The notes under the pieces were generated by a model, which had not been told where the DNA came from, made no database searches, and saw only the letters and a list, made by a program, of their open reading frames with translations. Positions 20,218-30,890 of a stretch of DNA of 64,000 bases are shown here, in pieces. Position 1 is the first letter of the stretch; each line of letters opens with the position of its first letter. Source of the stretch: Vulcanimicrobiota bacterium (lineage in GTDB: Bacteria > Vulcanimicrobiota > Vulcanimicrobiia > Vulcanimicrobiales > Vulcanimicrobiaceae); assembly GCA_963833095.1 (NCBI GenBank), contig CAWHWQ010000001.1:832001-896000 (forward strand), written 5' to 3'. The position numbers and the translations under genes were made by a program.

Positions 20218-21291
20218 CTAGAGTCCCGCGAGGACCGCGTCGGTAAAGGCGATGGTGGACAGTGCCGGCGCGCCGGCGGCGACGTCGGCCGTGCGCTTTC
20301 CCGCCGCATAGGCGGCTTCGACCGCGCGTTCGATGCGGGCCGCGCTGCGCTCGTCATCCAGGCTCATGCGCAGCAGCATTGCCGCAGACAGAATCGATGC
20401 CGTTGGATTGGCGATGCCTTTTCCAGTGATGTCGGGCGCCGTGCCGCCGATCGGCTCGTACATCCCGAATTGCCGGCCAGGCGTGCCTCGTTCTCCTAAG
20501 CTCGCGCTCGGCAACGTGCCGATGGAGCCGGTCACGATCGCCGCTTCGTCGGAGAGGATGTCGCCGAACATGTTCTCGGTTACGATCACGTCGAAATCGG
20601 CCGGGCGCCGCACGAGCTGCATCGCTGCGTTGTCCACCAGCAAATGCTCCAGACGAACGTCGACGTACTCCGGCGCAATGCGCTCGACGACGCGTCGCCA
20701 CAGGCGTGAGGTATCGAGCACGTTTTGCTTATCGACCGAGGTAAGATGTTTACGCCTCCTGCGCGCGAGTTCGAAGCCGGTGCGCACGATGCGCTCGATC
20801 TCAGGCGCGCGATAGATCATCGTGTCGGTCGCAACTTCGACGCCGTTCTCGATGCGCGTCTCCTTAGCCCCGAAGTAGATCCCTCCGGTCAACTCGCGTA
20901 CGACGATCAAATCGAGACCGCGCACCAGCTCGGGTCGCAGCGAAGATGCGTCTTCGAGACCCGGAAAAACTCGAACTGGGCGCAGGTTGGCATAGAGCTT
21001 GAAGCCGCTACGCAACGCAAAAAGCGCGGCTTCCGGACGCTGGGCCATCGGCTTATCATCGTATTGCGGCAGACCGACGCTGCCGAACAAAATTGCATCG
21101 CTGCGCTCGCACAGCGCGCGCGTTTCTTCTGGAAGTGGAGGCAACCCGCGTTCCAGGGCGGCGCCGCCGACAGGCGCTTCGATATAAGTAATGTCGGGCC
21201 GAAGCCGCGCGAGCACGCGTAGGGCTTCGCGCGTGACTTCGGGGCCGATCCCGTCGCCGGGAAGCACCGCGATGGTTGGCGTTTGGTTCAC
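20218..21291 (-). CDS. leuB: 3-isopropylmalate dehydrogenase
   Basis: LPGDGIGPEV, VRELTGGIYFG, NMFGDILSDEA, EPIGGTAPDI. Confidence 0.95.
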   Translation of the reverse strand: MNQTPTIAVLPGDGIGPEVTREALRVLARLRPDITYIEAPVGGAALERGLPPLPEETRALCERSDAILFGSVGLPQYDDKPMAQRPEAALFALRSGFKLYANLRPVRVFPGLEDASSLRPELVRGLDLIVVRELTGGIYFGAKETRIENGVEVATDTMIYRAPEIERIVRTGFELARRRRKHLTSVDKQNVLDTSRLWRRVVERIAPEYVDVRLEHLLVDNAAMQLVRRPADFDVIVTENMFGDILSDEAAIVTGSIGTLPSASLGERGTPGRQFGMYEPIGGTAPDITGKGIANPTASILSAAMLLRMSLDDERSAARIERAVEAAYAAGKRTADVAAGAPALSTIAFTDAVLAGL

Positions 21292-21296
21292 AGTTG

Positions 21297-21833
21297 CTAG
21301 TGGACTTCGATGCGCGTCGTGTCGGTGTTGGGTGGCGCTTCGGCAGGCGCGGCCGACTGCGCAGCGAGCTGCGCTTGTTGCAGCTGATTGTGCGTGCCGT
21401 CAAGGAGCGCGAGGTGCGTTGTCAGCAGGTTACGTAGCTCGCTCTTTGCCTTTTCGCAGGCCTCGACGGCGCGTTGATGCTCGCGCCGCACATCGCCGAT
21501 GGCATCGTTGTACGAGGCCATCTCACGATCGGCGGCGAGGCGAGCCTGCTCGCGGATCAGGTCGGCCTCTTTATGCGCGGACGCCTTGACCTCGTCGGCC
21601 GTGCGTTGCGCCAGCACGAGCGTGTTGTGCAGCGATTCTTCCATCGCCTTAAAATGGCTAATGCGCTCTTTGAGATCGGCGATCTCCGCATCGAGCGCAG
21701 CGCGATGCTGCGCGTCGTCTTCGAGCGTCTCGATCACGTCATCGAGGAATTGATCGACTTCGGCGCGATCGTAGCCTTGCAACGCCTTTTTGAAGGTCTT
21801 GTGCTGGATGTCGACTGGTGTAATTTTTTCCAT
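21297..21833 (-). CDS. divIVA: DivIVA domain protein
   Basis: ITPVDIQHKTFKKALQGYD..EVDQFLD followed by coiled coil. Confidence 0.92.
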   Translation of the reverse strand: MEKITPVDIQHKTFKKALQGYDRAEVDQFLDDVIETLEDDAQHRAALDAEIADLKERISHFKAMEESLHNTLVLAQRTADEVKASAHKEADLIREQARLAADREMASYNDAIGDVRREHQRAVEACEKAKSELRNLLTTHLALLDGTHNQLQQAQLAAQSAAPAEAPPNTDTTRIEVH

Positions 21834-21842
21834 CGATATCGA

Positions 21843-22259
21843 TCAACCGCGTCCCGACATGAAATCGAGGGTCGAGTCGCCCATCATGGTATCGCGCAAG
21901 CCTGCGGCGTTGACCACGACACCCGCCGGAACCACCAAATAGATCGCTTCGGCAAGCTTTTGAATTTTGCCGTCGATCGTGTACGCGACACCCGAAGTAA
22001 AATCGACCACACGTTGCAGCAGCGTGCGATCTGCATTTTGCAGATTGACGATCACGACTTGCCGATTCCGCAATGCGTCGGCGATTTCAACCACGTCCTG
22101 AAAGCTGCGCGGCGAATAGACGCTCACTTCGGTGCCGGCACGACGCCCTGCATTCGAGAGTGGAACGACGCGCCCCGACGGCGCCGGCTCGTCCTCGTAG
22201 AGGTCCTCGTCCTCATCGCGTATCGAGAAGAACGATCCGAGTTTGCTAAACATGCTCAT
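21843..22259 (-). CDS. sepF: Cell division protein SepF
   Basis: P.SF.D...IAD.L, VIVNL, RVVDFTSG..Y.IDG. Confidence 0.93.
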   Translation of the reverse strand: MSMFSKLGSFFSIRDEDEDLYEDEPAPSGRVVPLSNAGRRAGTEVSVYSPRSFQDVVEIADALRNRQVVIVNLQNADRTLLQRVVDFTSGVAYTIDGKIQKLAEAIYLVVPAGVVVNAAGLRDTMMGDSTLDFMSGRG

Positions 22260-22939
22260 TGTGCCATGCGCTCCCCAAAAAGGGCGGTGCCGATGCGCAC
22301 CATCGTGGAGCCGGCGCGAACCGCCTCGCGCCAGTCTCCCGACATGCCGATTGAGAGCGTACTTCCACCTATGGCAGCAAACGTCTTGGCGGCTAGCTCG
22401 AAGGCGCGAGCGATTTCATCCGGCCCCGCGCCCAGGGGCCCGATCGCCATCACGCCTTCCAGGCGCAGGCCCGCTTCGGCCGCGACGCGCTCGGCCAGCT
22501 CGGGCGCTTGCGCCGGCGGGCACCCGAAGCGCTCGGCGGGCGAGATATTGACCTGGAGCAGCACCGGGAGGACCAAGCCCAACCGCAGCGCCGCTGCACC
22601 AAGCGCGCGCGCCGCGTCGGCGCGATCGACGCTTTGCACCACATCGAACAGCTCCACGATCGTTTTGGCCTTATTGGTCTGGATGTGGCCGATAAAATGC
22701 TTCTCGAGAGGTACTCCGGCGAGCACGGGGTCGGCGAATTTTGCTGCCGCCTCCTGCACGTAGTTTTCCCCGATTGCCTCGAGGCCGGCCAACGCGGCAT
22801 CGGCAATCAACGCAGCCGGCTGTTTCTTGCTGACACCGAGGATGCGCACCGCGCCGGGCGGACGGCCGCACGCGCGCGCCTCCTCGTCGATCTGCGCGCG
22901 CAGCGAACTAAGCCGCTGCTGTATCAGTTGGGGTGACAT
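22256..22939 (-). CDS. yggS: YggS PLP-binding protein
   Basis: VSKK, GENYVQE, HFIGHIQTNK, LSIGMSGD, GSTMVRIGT. Confidence 0.95.
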   Translation of the reverse strand: MSPQLIQQRLSSLRAQIDEEARACGRPPGAVRILGVSKKQPAALIADAALAGLEAIGENYVQEAAAKFADPVLAGVPLEKHFIGHIQTNKAKTIVELFDVVQSVDRADAARALGAAALRLGLVLPVLLQVNISPAERFGCPPAQAPELAERVAAEAGLRLEGVMAIGPLGAGPDEIARAFELAAKTFAAIGGSTLSIGMSGDWREAVRAGSTMVRIGTALFGERMAQ

Positions 22940-23786
22940 CGGTGGGCGTGACGTCGGTGCGACGCCCGCGTTTGATGCAGTACCAGAGTCCGATGATCCC
23001 GATCGGAATCATCGGCAGCGCGTAGAGTTGACCACCGGTGAACGGGCCGAGCTGGAAATCGGCGTGGCGCCAGATTTCAGCGATGCTGCGGGTGATGCCA
23101 TACATCAAAAACCAGCTCCAGCCCACCACGCCGTCGGGCGGACGGCGCCGATAGATCAGGAGAAGAATCGGCAGCGTTATGAGGTCGAGTACCGCTTCGT
23201 AGAGTTGAGCGGGATGGCGAGCGTACGGACCCCAGATGTCGATGTCGCCCGGACGGTTGGGCGTCATGCACCAGGGACGATCTGGATTACAAATGTCACC
23301 CCACAATTCGTCATTGATGAAATTGACGATGCGGGTGAGCGTGATGCCGATCGGCAGCAGCACGACGACTTCGTCACCGAGCACGGTGTATTTGAGCTGC
23401 GGATGTTTTCGTACGAAGAGCCAAATGGCGATGAGCACGCCGACCATGCCGCCGTGGAACGCCATCCCGCCCTGCCACACCGCAATGATATTGAGCGGAT
23501 TGCTCGTGTAGTACGAGAGATCGTGCTTGGAGATGATGTCGTTGATGACGAAAAACGTCCGGCCGCCAACCAAAACGCCGATCAATGCGTAGAAGAGGAA
23601 GTCCTGGATTTGGTCGCGCGTAAGACCAAGCCGCCGCCGGCCCGCCGGGCGGCTCATCCACAGGTAGACGGCGATGAAGCCGGCGAGATACGCGATTCCG
23701 TACCAGTGGACGCCGATGAATCCGAGGCGGATCGCTATCGGGTCGACATTTGTCGGATAGTTAAACCAATGCGACATCACGAACAT
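22908..23786 (-). CDS. lgt: Prolipoprotein diacylglyceryl transferase
   Basis: HWYGIAY, GGMAFHGG, RIVNFINDELWG, HPAQLYE. Confidence 0.95.
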   Translation of the reverse strand: MFVMSHWFNYPTNVDPIAIRLGFIGVHWYGIAYLAGFIAVYLWMSRPAGRRRLGLTRDQIQDFLFYALIGVLVGGRTFFVINDIISKHDLSYYTSNPLNIIAVWQGGMAFHGGMVGVLIAIWLFVRKHPQLKYTVLGDEVVVLLPIGITLTRIVNFINDELWGDICNPDRPWCMTPNRPGDIDIWGPYARHPAQLYEAVLDLITLPILLLIYRRRPPDGVVGWSWFLMYGITRSIAEIWRHADFQLGPFTGGQLYALPMIPIGIIGLWYCIKRGRRTDVTPTDVTPTDTAAA

Positions 23787-23794
23787 TCTCTAGC

Positions 23795-24529
23795 ATGACG
23801 TCACCGGCGCACATTTCGGTAGGTATTGCATTTCTAGCCGGGCTCGTTTCCTTCGTCTCTCCGTGCGTCCTCCCGCTGGTTCCGGCGTATCTCTCGCTCC
23901 TCACCGGAAGCAGCCTGGAAGAACTCCAAGGGAAGGAAGACAGCGGCGCGTTGCGAGCGCTTGCAATCGGGCACGCCATTGCCTTCATCATCGGATTTAC
24001 GCTGGTTTTCGTCACGCTGGGTCTGACCGCTAGCGCCCTCGGCGGGGCGCTCAATGCCCATCGCATGCTCGTCGCGCAAATTGGGGGTGTGATCGTGGTC
24101 ATTCTGGGCCTGCACATGATGGGGATGCTGCGCCTTCCGGTGTTGATGCGCGACACGCGGGTCCACGTCCAACACGAACGCCGCACCTACTGGACCTCGG
24201 GCCTGGTCGGGATCGCCTTCGCGGCTGGTTGGTCGCCCTGCATCGGGCCGATTTTAGCGGGAATTCTTGCGATTGCGTCGCAGCAGCACAACGCCGAGGC
24301 GGCGCTGCTGCTCTTGGTCTACTCTCTGGGATTGGCCGTGCCGTTCTTGCTGACCGCAGTGGCGATTGGCGCGGTACTGCCGGTGCTTAACCGGATCAAG
24401 CGCTTCCTTCCGGCAATTGAATTCTGCGCCGGGCTTTTCTTGGTAGCGGTCGGGCTCGTTCTGGTCAACAATGCTTTCTACACCGTCGCAGGGTGGTTCT
24501 ATCAATTTGTCCCGGCTCCGAACCTTTAA
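23795..24529 (+). CDS. ccdA: Cytochrome c biogenesis protein CcdA
   Basis: SFVSPCVLPLVP, GWSPCIGP, YSLGLAVPF. Confidence 0.93.
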   Translation: MTSPAHISVGIAFLAGLVSFVSPCVLPLVPAYLSLLTGSSLEELQGKEDSGALRALAIGHAIAFIIGFTLVFVTLGLTASALGGALNAHRMLVAQIGGVIVVILGLHMMGMLRLPVLMRDTRVHVQHERRTYWTSGLVGIAFAAGWSPCIGPILAGILAIASQQHNAEAALLLLVYSLGLAVPFLLTAVAIGAVLPVLNRIKRFLPAIEFCAGLFLVAVGLVLVNNAFYTVAGWFYQFVPAPNL

Positions 24530-24987
24530 CGCAAGCCTGCTGATCGCGGTCACCGCGATCGTCGCATTCGCGCTCGACCAATGGTCGAAGCATCTGATTA
24601 CAACCAAACTCTACTTCGACGCGCGCTGCATGCCGTGGTGCGGACATAAGGTCCTTATCCCCGGGTGGCTCGAGCTCGCCCCGATTCCCAATACGCACGG
24701 CGCGTTCGGGATGTTCGGCAGCAGCAAACCGATGCTCGTCGTGCTTGCGATTATCGTGCTCTTCATCTTCTGGTGGAGTTTTCGTGAAGCGGCAGCGCGC
24801 TCGCGATTGGTCTGCGTTGCCTTCGGGCTGATCGTCGGCGGCGCGCTCGGCAACATCGTCGACCGCCTGCATTACGGCTACGTGATCGACTTCATCGACT
24901 TCTATCGCTTTCCGCAGATTTGGCGCTTCACGTTCAACGTGGGCGACTCGTGCATTACGATCGGCGTCATTCTGCTGCTGATCTCCA

Positions 24988-25016
<29 letters not shown>
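24507..25016 (+). CDS. lspA: Signal peptidase II (start approximate)
   Basis: LDQWSK, N.GAFG, GGALGNIVDRL..GYVIDFI, FNVGDSCI. Confidence 0.93.
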
Positions 25017-25896
<880 letters not shown>

Positions 25897-26947
25897 CGCG
25901 CGGCGCGGTTCGCTGCGCCTCACCCACGGCGTGGTCGAAACGCCGACCTTCATGCCGGTCGGGACGGCGGCGACGGTCAAGGCGCTCACGCCGGACGAAG
26001 TCCGCAGCGCGCACAGCCAAATCATTTTGGCAAACACCTACCATCTGTGGCTTCGCCCGGGAAGAGACACGATCGTCGAGGCGGGCGGACTGCATCGCTT
26101 CATGGCGTGGGACGGTCCGATCCTCACCGATTCCGGCGGCTTCCAAGTCTTCAGCCTGCAAGAGCGGCGCAAGCTCGACGACGACGGCGTGACGTTCCAA
26201 TCGCACATCGACGGCAGCACCCACCGCTTTACGCCCGAAACGGTGATCGCCTTCGAAGAAGAGCTCGGCGTGGACATCGCGATGGTGCTCGACGTCTGCG
26301 TCAAGCTCCCGGCGACGCGCGAGCATCTGGCGGCGTCGGTGCGGATGACGACCGACTGGGCGCGGCGCTCGCGCGGCAGCGTGGCAGAACGACAAGACCG
26401 CAGTGTTCGCCATCATGCAGGGCGGCCTCGATCTCGAACTGCGCGAGCAAAGCGCGCGCGAACTCGTGCCGCTCGATTTTCCCGGCTACGCGATCGGCGG
26501 CCTTTCCGTCGGCGAGACCCGCGAAGAGATGTATGCGATGGCGCGCGCAGCGGCGTCGTTTCTACCCGTAGAAAAGCCGCGTTATCTGATGGGAGTCGGT
26601 ACGGTGCGCGACATCATCATGGCGGTCGACTGCGGGATCGACATGTTCGACTGCGTCTATCCGACGCGCTGCGGGCGCAACGCGCGCGCGATGACGCGCG
26701 GGGGCGAGTACAATATTCGCAACGCTACCTACGCGCGCGACTTCACGCCGGTCGACCCGTCCTGCGATTGCTACTGTCTGCACGACCTATACACGCGCGT
26801 ATCTGCATCATCTCTTCCGCGCCAACGAAATGCTCGCCCCGCGCCTGCTTTCGTATCACAACGTCTACGTGCTCAACGATCTGATGCGCGGCGCGCGCGA
26901 CGCCATCGAACGCAGCGAGTGGTCAGCCTATCGCGACAAGGTGCTTA

Positions 26948-27007
26948 CCTTGTCATCCCGAGCGTAGCGAAGCGTAGCGCTACGCGCCTACGCTCAGGAG
27001 GACAAGG
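26948..27007. repeat. 60-bp palindromic REP-like element between convergent tgt and ileS
   Basis: Arms CCTTGTCATCCCGAGCGTAG and CTACGCTCAGGAGGACAAGG (18/20 complementary). Confidence 0.85.
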
Positions 27008-29811
27008 AATTTACGACCGCGGCGCAGTCGGCGCAGATCGACGGATGCGCCGGGTCGGTGCCAAGCTCGCGGAATTTCCAGCAGCGCGCGCATTTTTCGC
27101 CATGGCGCTCGAGATGAGATCGCAAGCCCGGGATCGTCACCGCCGGAGTTCGTGGCTCAAGGTCAAGCTGCGATGACAACCAGCGCGTCACGCAAGTTGT
27201 CGCCTAATGCGTACGCAAGCGCGTCGTAGTGCGCTGCAGGCGCCGCAAGCTCGACACGTACATCGAAATCGCGGATCTTGGAGACGCGGCAACGTCGCGA
27301 GCGCAGATCGCGAAGCGAGTCTGCCCACAGATCTCGCAGGCTCGCCATATCGGTTTCTCGACGCCGACGCCTGTGGGCGCCGAATGCCGAATCGAAGACG
27401 CTACGTTCGTCGCCGCGTAAGGCCTCGGGAATTTCTTGCCAGGCTTCTTCTGCGGTAAATGAAAGAATCGGGGCGATCGCGGTTAGCATCCGCTTGAGCG
27501 CATAGAGCAGCGCCGACTGCGCGCTGCGCCGGCGGTGGCTGTTCTCGGCCAGCGAATAGAGCGGGTCCTTGAGCGCGTCGAAATAGAAGCTCGACATTGC
27601 GCTTTCGAATGCCACTATGCGCAGATATGCATCATGGATTGCGAAGCCCTCGTAGAGCGCCTTCACGTCGGCTACGAAGGTGTCGGTGATCGCGCAGGCG
27701 AGGCGATCGAGCGGCTCGAGCTCTTCGCGCGGGAGAACGTCTTGCGCCCCGAGGTCGTCGAGATTCCCAAGCATGAAGCGAATGCGGTTGCGGATGTTGC
27801 GATAGACGCGGCCGACTTGCTCGACCACATTGGGCCCGAAGCGCACGTCGTCGACGAACTCAACCGAGGCAGACCACAAGCGCAGGACGTCCGCGCCCCA
27901 TTTGTTCATCGCCTCAACCGCGTCGATGCCGGTTCCGCGCGATTTGGACATCGGGCGGCCTTGCTCGTCGTTGACCCAGCCGTTCTTGACCACACGTTTG
28001 TAGGGCGCTGCGCCCTTGATCGCAACGCCGGTCAGAAGCGAACTCCGGAACCAGCCGCGGAACTGATCCCCGCCCTCCAAATACATGTCGCACGGCCACG
28101 GCACGCCGTCGTGCCCGAGCACGGCTAGATGCGTCACCCCCGATTCGAACCAGATGTCGACGATATTCTTCTCTTTGTCGAACGCGGTGCCGCGACACTT
28201 CGGGCAGTGGAAGCCGGCCGGCAGATAGGTTTGCACCGGGTCGACCCACCATGATCCGGCGCCTACCTCGGCAAAGCGTTTCGCTACGTTGCGCGCGACG
28301 TGCGGATCGAGAATCGATTCATTGCAGGCGGTGCAGATAATCGCGGGAATCGGCGTGCCCCAAATGCGCTGACGCGAGACGCACCATTCCGGATGCGTCT
28401 CGATCATCTGGCGCTGACGCACGCGGCCCCATTCCGGGACATAGTCGACGCCGTCAACAGCTTCGATCGCGCGAGCGCGCAACCGGTTTTGATCCATCGC
28501 GATGAACCATTGCGCCGTGGCGCGAAAAATCACCGGATTGTGACAACGCCAGCAGTGCGGATACGAGTGCTCGTAATCTTGCGCTGCAAACAGCGCGCCG
28601 CTGGAGCGCAAATCCTCGACGATCTGCTTGTTGGCTTTGAAGATGAACTGCCCGGCGTAGGGACCGGCTTCTTGGGTGAAGTGACCGGCAGCATCGACCG
28701 GATTGAGAATCGGCAATCCGTATTTCACGCCGGTCTCGAAGTCGTCGGCGCCGTGCCCCGGTGCCGTATGCACCGCGCCCGTTCCCGTTTCGAGATCGAC
28801 GTAATCGGCGAGCACGACCAGCGAGTCGCGATCCATGAACGGATGACGCACGCTGGTTCCGTCGAGGCGTTCGCCCGGAACGCTCGCGAGCAACTCCGCG
28901 TCGACGAATCGTTCGCCGAGCGCCTTGGGCGCAAGCGCGGTCGCCAGAATCAGTAGCTCATCGCCAAGGCGATACAGTCCATAGGTCGCGTCGGCCCGCA
29001 GCGCGATCGCGACGTTGGCCGGCAGCGTCCACGGCGTCGTCGTCCAAATTAAGATCGAGGTTTCCTCGGTCCCTCGACTACGCGGCTCCGCCGCTACGCT
29101 CGGGATGACAAAGGCGGACAGGATCTTTTCGCGCTGTTCATCATTTGCCGCGAAGCGGACGTAGACCGAGGGCGAGACTTTCGGCTCGTATTCGATCTCG
29201 GCTTCGGCTAGCGCCGTCTCGTCGTGCACGCACCACAGCGTCGAACGCAAGCCCTTGTACAACTGCTCTTTCTCCGCCAGATCCGCGAGCGCGTTGACGA
29301 TCGTGGCTTCGAACGACGGGTCGATCGTTCGATACGGACGGTCGAAATGCCCGAAGACGCCCATGCGTTGACGCGCATCGCTTTGGCGCCCAAGCCAAAA
29401 GAGCGCGCGCTCCTTGCACTTCTCGCGTAGTTCCAGCGGATCGATCCCGTGAAAATCCTTGATGCCCAAGAACTTGAGCGTCTCGAGTTCGATCGGCAAG
29501 CCGTGCATATCCCAGCCGGGAACGAAATCCGCCCACTTCCCGTCAAGCAACGCGATCTTCACGAACACGTCCTTCAACACCATGTTCAGGAAGTGGCCCA
29601 TGTGCAGCTCGCCGTTTGCATACGGCGGCCCGTCGTGCAGAATCCAGGGTCCGTTCTTCCGATTGGCATCCAGGCGGCGCTGGTAGATGCCTTGCGTGTG
29701 CCACCACGCGATGCGATCAGGCTCGCGCTTGGGCAGCTCCGCCTTCATCGGAAAGGCGGTCTTGGGTAAACGCAAGGTCTCGCGATAATCGCGTTCGACA
29801 GTTTCGCTCAT
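26994..29811 (-). CDS. ileS: Isoleucine--tRNA ligase type 1 (apparent frameshifts near the 3' end)
   Basis: [38 protein letters not shown]-terminal CARCW...CADC zinc finger. Confidence 0.96.
29068..29111 (-). repeat. REP-like unit inserted in frame in ileS
   Basis: TGTCATCCCGAGCGTAG-CGGCGGAGCCGC-GTAGTCGAGGGACC, same ends as the intergenic copies; encodes [14 protein letters not shown]. Confidence 0.88.
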
Positions 29812-30890
29812 GGGTCGCGCATCAGTTCGCCGAGCACGTCGAAATTTCGTGCTGCGGCGGCGCGAATCTCGTCGACTTTGTCTCGCAGCTCTGCCGCGAG
29901 CATGTCGCGCTGCGACATCAGTCGGTCGACAAGCGCATCCACGGCCGGATCCGAGGGCACCGGCTTGCCCGGCGTCCAGAGTGGATCCAGCGGATAGCCC
30001 AGGTCGTCGCAGAGGGCCGCAACCTTGGGGTCGTAGGGGATGGCGAGAAACGGTACGCCGAAACGCGCCGCCAAGATCAGCGCGTGCAGGCGCATGCCGA
30101 TCACAACGCGCGCACCGCGCAGAATCGCCGCCGCTCGTACGAGCGGACACTCCGGCAAGAGCATCGGCGCACTCTTGCACAAACGAATGATCGTGGTCGA
30201 AACTTCGGCATCGCTCACTCCGCCCAGGGGGAGGAATGCCACGCGCACGCCGTGCGTCTGCGCCAGCCGATCGACCGCACGGGCGATCGCGTGTTGACCG
30301 TCTTTGAGATTCGATACCTTTCGTACGCTTACCACGGCGTACGGCTCGCTTCCGAGTCCCTCCGACGAAAGATCGACGTCTTCTATCGGGGCGTCGTACA
30401 AGAAGACCGGATCGGCCGTTTGCTCGACCGGCGTTTCGGGAACCAGCGATTGTAACAAGCGTAGAGAGCGCGCGTCGCGCACCGTTGCGCAATCGAGACC
30501 GCGGCAAAAGCTGCGCACCACAACTCGACCGAGCAAGTCGAGCGGACCGATCGATTGCGCGAAAATCATCGATTTGCGCCGCTGGCGAATCGCTTCACGC
30601 AAGATCCCGGCATAGTACACGATGCTGCGCGCGCTGGTCGCCGTCTGCAAGAGGCCGCCGCCACCCGAGAGCACGACGTCAGCGCGCCCAATCGCTTCGC
30701 GCACGCTGCGCATGCTCCAGCGCGGCGTCGCCTCGACGCCATACTCCTTCGCCGTTGCCTGCGGCGTTGCCGAGAGGACGTCGAGCTGCATCGAGGGATA
30801 GCGCGCCCGCAATTGCGTCACGATCACCTCGAGCAACGCCTCGTCGCCGAGATTACCGAACCCGTAATAGCCCGAAAGCAATACACGCAC
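29808..30890 (-). CDS. csaB: Polysaccharide pyruvyl transferase CsaB
   Basis: SGYYGFGNLGDEA, GGGGLLQ, GMRLHALI, YDPKV. Confidence 0.92.
   Translation of the reverse strand: MRVLLSGYYGFGNLGDEALLEVIVTQLRARYPSMQLDVLSATPQATAKEYGVEATPRWSMRSVREAIGRADVVLSGGGGLLQTATSARSIVYYAGILREAIRQRRKSMIFAQSIGPLDLLGRVVVRSFCRGLDCATVRDARSLRLLQSLVPETPVEQTADPVFLYDAPIEDVDLSSEGLGSEPYAVVSVRKVSNLKDGQHAIARAVDRLAQTHGVRVAFLPLGGVSDAEVSTTIIRLCKSAPMLLPECPLVRAAAILRGARVVIGMRLHALILAARFGVPFLAIPYDPKVAALCDDLGYPLDPLWTPGKPVPSDPAVDALVDRLMSQRDMLAAELRDKVDEIRAAAARNFDVLGELMRDP

Noticed and set aside
22915..22965. TDVTP-TDVTP-TD repeat at the Lgt C-terminus
   Set aside because: Short low-complexity duplication in the lgt/yggS overlap with no evidence of function
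26380..27400. Frameshifts in tgt and the 3' end of ileS (also single ones in prsA and MATE)
   Set aside because: Same indel-error pattern; ileS is essential and no slippery-site signal is evident
29812..30507. Apparent 232-aa N-terminal extension of IleS in the ORF track
   Set aside because: It is an alternative frame over csaB; the real start is the ATG at 29811
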